Positions 55,401-64,000 of a DNA stretch of 64,000 bases are shown one piece after another. The stretch lies in the NCBI GenBank assembly GCA_964057225.1, contig OZ059897.1, positions 20,150,001 to 20,214,000 on the forward strand. Reading direction: 5' to 3'. Position 1 is the first letter of the stretch. Each line of letters begins with the position of its first letter. Position numbers and translations under genes: made by a program. The notes under the pieces were generated by a model. The model had not been told where the DNA came from, did not search any database, and worked only from the letters and a program-made list of their open reading frames with translations. This stretch comes from Auanema rhodensis (lineage: Eukaryota > Animalia > Nematoda).

Positions 55401-58255
55401 AAAAATTAGTTATGATCGTTTGAAAAATGATGCATTAGTGTATGTTGAGTTTCCATGTACACTCAACATTGCTTCCAAAAACATTTTGACAAAAATTTTT
55501 TCGAAAAATTTCAAAATAATTTAGCAAAAAGTAGATGTTTTTAGATTCCTTTTTTCAAGGCAAAGACGATGGACAATGTTATTCAACGAAAAAATTATTT
55601 CTTCAGGGTGAAAATCGAGGATATAAGTGTGAACTTATATCAGTTGATATATCGGTGCATTTTTAAGCTAGCGCAAATCTGATAACACAGATCGACGCAG
55701 CTTAAAAATCCGCATCGAATGCACTATACTACATTAAGAAACGCTTAATACAAAAATTAGTTATGATCGTTTGAAAAATGATGCATTAGTGTATGTTGAG
55801 TTTCCATGTACACTCAACATTGCTTCCAAAAACATTTTGACAAAAATTTTTTCGAAAAATTTCAAAATAATTTAGCAAAAAGTAGATGTTTTTAGATTCC
55901 TTTTTTCAAGGCGAAGACGATGGACAATGTTATTCAACGAAAAAATTAATTCTTCAGGGTGAAAATCGAGGATATAAGTGTGAACTTATATCAGTTGATA
56001 TCTCGGTACATTTTTAAGCTAGCGCAAATCTGATAACACAGATCGACGCAGCTTAAAAATCCGCATCGAATGCACTATACTACATGGAAGAACGCTTAAT
56101 ACAAAAATTAGTTATGATCGTTTGAAAAATGATGCATTAGTGTATGTTGAGTTTCCATGTACACTCAACATTGCTTCCAAAAACATTTTGACAAAAATTT
56201 TTTCGAAAAATTTCAAAATAATTTAGCAAAAAGTAGATGTTTTTAGATTCCTTTTTTCAAGGCAAAGACGATGGACAATGTTATTCAACGAAAAAATTAT
56301 TTCTTCAGGGTGAAAATCGAGGATATAAGTGTGAACTTATATCAGTTGATATCTCGGTACATTTTTAAGCTAGCGCAAATCTGATAACACAGATCGACGC
56401 AGCTTAAAAATCCGCATCGAATGCACTATACTACATGGAAGAACGCTTAATACAAAAATTAGTTATGATCGTTTGAAAAATGATGCATTAGTGTATGTTG
56501 AGTTTCCATGTACACTCAACATTGCTTCCAAAAACATTTTGACAAAAATTTTTTCGAAAAATTTCAAAATAATTTAGCAAAAAGTAGATGTTTTTAGATT
56601 CCTTTTTTCAAGGCAAAGACGATGGACAATGTTATTCAACGAAAAAATTATTTCTTCAGGGTGAAAATCGAGGATATAAGTGTGAACTTATATCAGTTGA
56701 TATATCGGTGCATTTTTAAGCTAGCGCAAATCTGATAACACAGATCGACGCAGCTTAAAAATCCGCATCGAATGCACTATACTACATCAAGAAACGCTTA
56801 ATACAAAAATTAGTTATGATCGTTTGAAAAATGATGCATTAGTGTATGTTGAGTTTCCATGTACACTCAACATTGCTTCCAAAAACATTTTGACAAAAAT
56901 TTTTTCGAAAAATTTCAAAATAATTTAGCAAAAAGTAGATGTTTTTAGATTCCTTTTTTCAAGGCGAAGACGATGGACAATGTTATTCAACGAAAAAATT
57001 AATTCTTCAGGGTGAAAATCGAGGATATAAGTGTGAACTTATATCAGTTGATATCTCGGTGCATTTTTAAGCTAGCGCAAATCTGATAACACAGATCGAC
57101 GCAGCTTAAAAATCCGCATCGAATGCACTATACTACATTGAGAAACGCTTAATACAAAAATTAGTTATGATCGTTTGAAAAATGATGCATTAGTGTATGT
57201 TGAGTTTCCATGTTCACTCAACATTGCTTCCAAAAACATTTTGACAAAAATTTTTTCGAAAAATTTCAAGATAATTTAGCAAAAAGTAGATGTTTTTAGA
57301 TTCCTTTTTTCAAGGCGAAGACGATGGACAATGTTATTCAACGAAAAAATTAATTCTTCAGGGTGAAAATCGAGGATATAAGTGTGAACTTATATCAGTT
57401 GATATCTCGGTACATTTTTAAGCTAGCGCAAATCTGATAACACAGATCGACGTAGCTTAAAAATCCGCATCGAATGCACTATACAACATGGAAGAACGCT
57501 TAATACAAAAATTAGTTATGATCGTTTGAAAAATGATGCATTAGTGTATGTTGAGTTTCCATGTACACTCAACATTGCTTCCAAAAACATTTTGACAAAA
57601 ATTTTTTCGAAAAATTTCAAAATAATTTAGCAAAAAGTAGATGTTTTTAGATTCCTTTTTTCAAGGCAAAGACGATGAACAATGTTATTCAACGAAAAAA
57701 TTAATTCTTCAGGGTGAAAATCGAGGATATAAGTGTGAACTTATATCAGTTGATATATCGGTGCATTTTTAAGCTAGCGCAAATCTGATAACACAGATCG
57801 ACGCAGCTTAAAAATCCGCATCGAATGCACTATACTACATTAAGAAACGCTTAATACAAAAATTAGTTATGATCGTTTGAAAAATGATGCATTAGTGTAT
57901 GTTGAGTTTCCATGTACACTCAACATTGCTTCCAAAAACATTTTGACAAAAATTTTTTCGAAAAATTTCAAAATAATTTAGCAAAAAGTAGATGTTTTTA
58001 GATTCCTTTTTTCAAGGCAAAGACGATGGACAATGTTATTTAACGAAAAAATTAATTCTTCAGGGTGAAAATCGAGGATAAAAGTGTAAACTTATATCAG
58101 TTGATATCTCGGTGCATTTTTAAGCTAGCGCAAATCTGATAACACAGATCGACGCAGCTTAAAAATCCGCATCGAATGCACTATACTACATTGAGAAACG
58201 CTTAATACAAAAATTAGTTATGATCGTTTGAAAAATGATGCATTAGTGTATGTTG
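49481..58255. repeat. Degenerate 10/11-monomer higher-order repeat marked by a D-A-E-F monomer block, 3 copies
   Basis: Marker gataaaagtgtaaac at 50710, 54571, 58081 (spacings 3861 = 11x351 and 3510 = 10x351). Each is preceded by a gatgaac monomer and, three monomers earlier, a ctcggtgc/cattgag monomer (49481, 53342, 56852). Confidence 0.85.
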
Positions 58256-61200
58256 AGTTTCCATGTACACTCAACATTGCTTCCAAAAACATTTTGACAA
58301 AAATTTTTTCGAAAAATTTCAAAATAATTTAGCAAAAAGTAGATGTTTTTAGATTCCTTTTTTCAAGGCGAAGACGATGGACAATGTTATTCAACGAAAA
58401 AATTAATTCTTCAGGGTGAAAATCGAGGATATAAGTGTGAACTTATATCAGTTGATATCTCGGTACATTTTTAAGCTAGCGCAAATCTGATAACACAGAT
58501 CGACGCAGCTTAAAAATCCGCATCGAATGCACTATACTACATGGAAGAACGCTTAATACAAAAATTAGTTATGATCGTTTGAAAAATGATGCATTAGTGT
58601 ATGTTGAGTTTCCATGTACACTCAACATTGCTTCCAAAAACATTTTGACAAAAATTTTTTCGAAAAATTTCAAAATAATTTAGCAAAAAGTAGATGTTTT
58701 TAGATTCCTTTTTTCAAGGCAAAGACGATGGACAATGTTATTCAACGAAAAAATTATTTCTTCAGGGTGAAAATCGAGGATATAAGTGTGAACTTATATC
58801 AGTTGATATATCGGTGCATTTTTAAGCTAGCGCAAATCTGATAACACAGATCGACGCAGCTTAAAAATCCGCATCGAATGCACTATACTACATTAAGAAA
58901 CGCTTAATACAAAACTTAGTTATGATCGTTTGAAAAATGATGCATTAGTGTATGTTGAGTTTCCATGTACACTCAACATTGCTTCCAAAAACATTTTGAC
59001 AAAAATTTTTTCGAAAAATTTCAAGATAATTTAGCAAAAAATAGATGTTTTTAGATTCCTTTTTTTAAGGCAAAGACGATGGACAATGTTATTCAACGAA
59101 AAAATTATTTCTTCAGGGTGAAAATCGAGGATATAAGTGTGAACTTATATCAGTTGATATCTCGGTACATTTTTAAGCTAGCGCAAATCTGATAACACAG
59201 ATCGACGCAGCTTAAAAATCCGCATCGAATGCACTATACTACATGGAAGAACGCTTAATACAAAAATTAGTTATGATCGTTTGAAAAATGATGCATTAGT
59301 GTATGTTGAGTTTCCATGTACACTCAACATTGCTTCCAAAAACATTTTGACAAAAATTTTTTCGAAAAATTTCAAAATAATTTAGCAAAAAGTAGATGTT
59401 TTTAGATTCCTTTTTTCAAGGCGAAGACGATGGACAATGTTATTCAACGAAAAAATTAATTCTTCAGGGTGAAAATCGAGGATATAAGTGTGAACTTATA
59501 TCAGTTGATATCTCGGTACATTTTTAAGCTAGCGCAAATCTGATAACACAGATCGACGCAGCTTAAAAATCCGCATCGAATGCACTATACTACATGGAAG
59601 AACGCTTAATACAAAAATTAGTTATGATCGTTTGAAAAATGATGCATTAGTGTATGTTGAGTTTCCATGTACACTCAACATTGCTTCCAAAAACATTTTG
59701 ACAAAAATTTTTTCGAAAAATTTCAAAATAATTTAGCAAAAAGTAAATGTTTTTAGATTCCTTTTTTCAAGGCAAAGACGATGGACAATGTTATTCAACG
59801 AAAAAATTATTTCTTCAGGGTGAAAATCGAGGATATAAGTGTGAACTTATATCAGTTGATATATCGGTGCATTTTTAAGCTAGCGCAAATCTGATAACAC
59901 AGATCGACGCAGCTTAAAAATCCGCATCGAATGCACTATACTACATTAAGAAACGCTTAATACAAAAATTAGTTATGATCGTTTGAAAAATGATGCATTA
60001 GTGTATGTTGAGTTTCCATGTACACTCAACATTGCTTCCAAAAACATTTTGACAAAAATTTTTTCGAAAAATTTCAAAATAATTTAGCAAAAAGTAGATG
60101 TTTTTAGATTCCTTTTTTCAAGGCGAAGACGATGGACAATGTTATTCAACGAAAAAATTAATTCTTCAGGGTGAAAATCGAGGATATAAGTGTGAACTTA
60201 TATCAGTTGATATCTCGGTACATTTTTAAGCTAGCGCAAATCTGATAACACAGATCGACGCAGCTTAAAAATCCGCATCGAATGCACTATACTACATGGA
60301 AGAACGCTTAATACAAAAATTAGTTATGATCGTTTGAAAAATGATGCATTAGTGTATGTTGAGTTTCCATGTACACTCAACATTGCTTCCAAAAACATTT
60401 TGACAAAAATTTTTTCGAAAAATTTCAAAATAATTTAGCAAAAAGTAGATGTTTTTAGATTCCTTTTTTCAAGGCAAAGACGATGGACAATGTTATTCAA
60501 CGAAAAAATTATTTCTTCAGGGTGAAAATCGAGGATATAAGTGTGAACTTATATCAGTTGATATATCGGTGCATTTTTAAGCTAGCGCAAATCTGATAAC
60601 ACAGATCGACGCAGCTTAAAAATCCGCATCGAATGCACTATACTACATGGAAGAACGCTTAATACAAAAATTAGTTATGATCGTTTGAAAAATGATGCAT
60701 TAGTGTATGTTGAGTTTCCATGTACACTCAACATTGCTTCCAAAAACATTTTGACAAAAATTTTTTCGAAAAATTTCAAAATAATTTAGCAAAAAGTAGA
60801 TGTTTTTAGATTCCTTTTTTCAAGGCAAAGACGATGAACAATGTTATTCAACGAAAAAATTAATTCTTCAGGGTGAAAATCGAGGATATAAGTGTGAACT
60901 TATATCAGTTGATATATCGGTGCATTTTTAAGCTAGCGCAAATCTGATAACACAGATCGACGCAGCTTAAAAATCCGCATCGAATGCACTATACTACATG
61001 GAAGAACGCTTAATACAAAAATTAGTTATGATCGTTTGAAAAATGATGCATTAGTGTATGTTGAGTTTCCATGTACACTCAACATTGCTTCCAAAAACAT
61101 TTTGACAAAAATTTTTTCGAAAAATTTCAAAATAATTTAGCAAAAAGTAGATGTTTTTAGATTCCTTTTTTCAAGGCGAAGACGATGGACAATGTTATTC

Positions 61201-64000
61201 AACGAAAAAATTAATTCTTCAGGGTGAAAATCGAGGATATAAGTGTGAACTTATATCAGTTGATATCTCGGTACATTTTTAAGCTAGCGCAAATCTGATA
61301 ACACAGATCGACGCAGCTTAAAAATCCGCATCGAATGCACTATACTACATGGAAGAACGCTTAATACAAAAATTAGTTATGATCGTTTGAAAAATGATGC
61401 ATTAGTGTATGTTGAGTTTCCATGTACACTCAACATTGCTTCCAAAAACATTTTGACAAAAATTTTTTCGAAAAATTTCAAAATAATTTAGCAAAAAGTA
61501 AATGTTTTTAGATTCCTTTTTTCAAGGCAAAGACGATGGACAATGTTATTCAACGAAAAAATTATTTCTTCAGGGTGAAAATCGAGGATATAAGTGTGAA
61601 CTTATATCAGTTGATATATCGGTGCATTTTTAAGCTAGCGCAAATCTGATAACACAGATCGACGCAGCTTAAAAATCCGCATCGAATGCACTATACTACA
61701 TTAAGAAACGCTTAATACAAAAATTAGTTATGATCGTTTGAAAAATGATGCATTAGTGTATGTTGAGTTTCCATGTACACTCAACATTGCTTCCAAAAAC
61801 ATTTTGACAAAAATTTTTTCGAAAAATTTCAAAATAATTTAGCAAAAAGTAGATGTTTTTAGATTCCTTTTTTCAAGGCGAAGACGATGGACAATGTTAT
61901 TCAACGAAAAAATTAATTCTTCAGGGTGAAAATCGAGGATATAAGTGTGAACTTATATCAGTTGATATCTCGGTACATTTTTAAGCTAGCGCAAATCTGA
62001 TAACACAGATCGACGCAGCTTAAAAATCCGCATCGAATGCACTATACTACATGGAAGAACGCTTAATACAAAAATTAGTTATGATCGTTTGAAAAATGAT
62101 GCATTAGTGTATGTTGAGTTTCCATGTACACTCAACATTGCTTCCAAAAACATTTTGACAAAAATTTTTTCGAAAAATTTCAAAATAATTTAGCAAAAAG
62201 TAGATGTTTTTAGATTCCTTTTTTCAAGGCAAAGACGATGGACAATGTTATTCAACGAAAAAATTATTTCTTCAGGGTGAAAATCGAGGATATAAGTGTG
62301 AACTTATATCAGTTGATATATCGGTGCATTTTTAAGCTAGCGCAAATCTGATAACACAGATCGACGCAGCTTAAAAATCCGCATCGAATGCACTATACTA
62401 CATTAAGAAACGCTTAATACAAAAATTAGTTATGATCGTTTGAAAAATGATGCATTAGTGTATGTTGAGTTTCCATGTACACTCAACATTGCTTCCAAAA
62501 ACATTTTGACAAAAATTTTTTCGAAAAATTTCAAAATAATTTAGCAAAAAGTAGATGTTTTTAGATTCCTTTTTTCAAGGCAAAGACGATGGACAATGTT
62601 ATTCAACGAAAAAATTAATTCTTCAGGGTGAAAATCGAGGATATAAGTGTGAACTTATATCAGTTGATATATCGGTGCATTTTTAAGCTAGCGCAAATCT
62701 GATAACACAGATCGACGCAGCTTAAAAATCCGCATCGAATGCACTATACTACATTAAGAAACGCTTAATACAAAAATTAGTTATGATCGTTTGAAAAATG
62801 ATGCATTAGTGTATGTTGAGTTTCCATGTACACTCAACATTGCTTCCAAAAACATTTTGACAAAAATTTTTTCGAAAAATTTCAAAATAATTTAGCAAAA
62901 AGTAGATGTTTTTAGATTCCTTTTTTCAAGGCAAAGACGATGGACAATGTTATTCAACGAAAAAATTATTTCTTCAGGGTGAAAATCGAGGATATAAGTG
63001 TGAACTTATATCAGTTGATATATCGGTGCATTTTTAAGCTAGCGCAAATCTGATAACACAGATCGACGCAGCTTAAAAATCCGCATCGAATGCACTATAC
63101 TACATTAAGAAACGCTTAATACAAAAATTAGTTATGATCGTTTGAAAAATGATGCATTAGTGTATGTTGAGTTTCCATGTACACTCAACATTGCTTCCAA
63201 AAACATTTTGACAAAAATTTTTTCGAAAAATTTCAAAATAATTTAGCAAAAAGTAGATGTTTTTAGATTCCTTTTTTCAAGGCGAAGACGATGGACAATG
63301 TTATTCAACGAAAAAATTAATTCTTCAGGGTGAAAATCGAGGATATAAGTGTGAACTTATATCAGTTGATATCTCGGTACATTTTTAAGCTAGCGCAAAT
63401 CTGATAACACAGATCGACGCAGCTTAAAAATCCGCATCGAATGCACTATACTACATGGAAGAACGCTTAATACAAAAATTAGTTATGATCGTTTGAAAAA
63501 TGATGCATTAGTGTATGTTGAGTTTCCATGTACACTCAACATTGCTTCCAAAAACATTTTGACAAAAATTTTTTCGAAAAATTTCAAAATAATTTAGCAA
63601 AAAGTAGATGTTTTTAGATTCCTTTTTTCAAGGCAAAGACGATGGACAATGTTATTCAACGAAAAAATTATTTCTTCAGGGTGAAAATCGAGGATATAAG
63701 TGTGAACTTATATCAGTTGATATATCGGTGCATTTTTAAGCTAGCGCAAATCTGATAACACAGATCGACGCAGCTTAAAAATCCGCATCGAATGCACTAT
63801 ACTACATTAAGAAACGCTTAATACAAAAATTAGTTATGATCGTTTGAAAAATGATGCATTAGTGTATGTTGAGTTTCCATGTACACTCAACATTGCTTCC
63901 AAAAACATTTTGACAAAAATTTTTTCGAAAAATTTCAAAATAATTTAGCAAAAAGTAGATGTTTTTAGATTCCTTTTTTCAAGGCGAAGACGATGGACAA

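Larger units (their letters stand above)
1..64000. repeat. Tandem satellite DNA array, 351-bp monomer, 182 full copies + 129 bp, running off both window ends
   Basis: 'agtttccatgtacactcaac' recurs at 1, 352, 703, 1054 ... 63521, 63872. 182x351 minus 14 single-base deletions plus 3 single-base insertions puts the last start at 63872, as observed. Monomers differ by only a few bases; 109/351 G+C in monomer 1; no inversions or insertions seen. Confidence 0.99.
24564..64000. repeat. Predominant A/B haplotype alternation (702-bp dimer tendency) with interspersed C monomers
   Basis: A = ggcgaag/ttaattc/atctcggtac/catggaagaac; B = ggcaaag/ttatttc (or ttaattc)/atatcggtgc/cattaagaaac; C = caagata/ggcaaag/ttatttc/atctcggtac/catggaag. 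Example: 42461 A, 42812 B, 43163 A, 43514 B. Confidence 0.88.

Noticed and set aside
1-64000. CRISPR array or other repeat-spacer system
   Set aside because: No unique spacers: the entire 351 bp is repeated, and there are no cas or other genes.
1-64000. Rolling-circle amplification or sequencing concatemer of one small circle
   Set aside because: Variants form linked haplotypes, positional domains and in-phase higher-order repeats, which random errors on one template would not give. Local mis-assembly remains possible.

Overview
The whole 64 kb window is one uninterrupted, head-to-tail, single-orientation satellite DNA array. It holds 182 complete monomers of a 351-bp AT-rich unit (~31% GC; 14 monomers are 350 bp, 3 are 352 bp) plus a final 129-bp partial copy. 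I find no genes, RNA genes, transposon insertions or CRISPR array; the six 63-aa ORFs are by-products of point mutations in one stop codon of the repeat. The array is not uniform. Linked variant sites define monomer haplotypes (A, B, C and rarer D/E/F and a 350-bp 'ccgtacga' subfamily). These are arranged in an A/B alternation and in nested local higher-order repeats (2-, 4-, 5-, 8-, 10- and 10/11-mers), with a more diverse left domain (~1-24 kb) and a homogeneous core (~24.5-49.5 kb). The monomer is densely covered by inverted repeats, including a 9-bp stem with a GNRA loop and a ~67-nt rod. Its main multi-base polymorphism switches between a local hairpin (B allele) and a 9-nt complement of a downstream hairpin loop (A allele). 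The host is probably a eukaryote with little CpG methylation of repeats (e.g. an invertebrate); I cannot name the satellite family. All monomer typing was done by eye.
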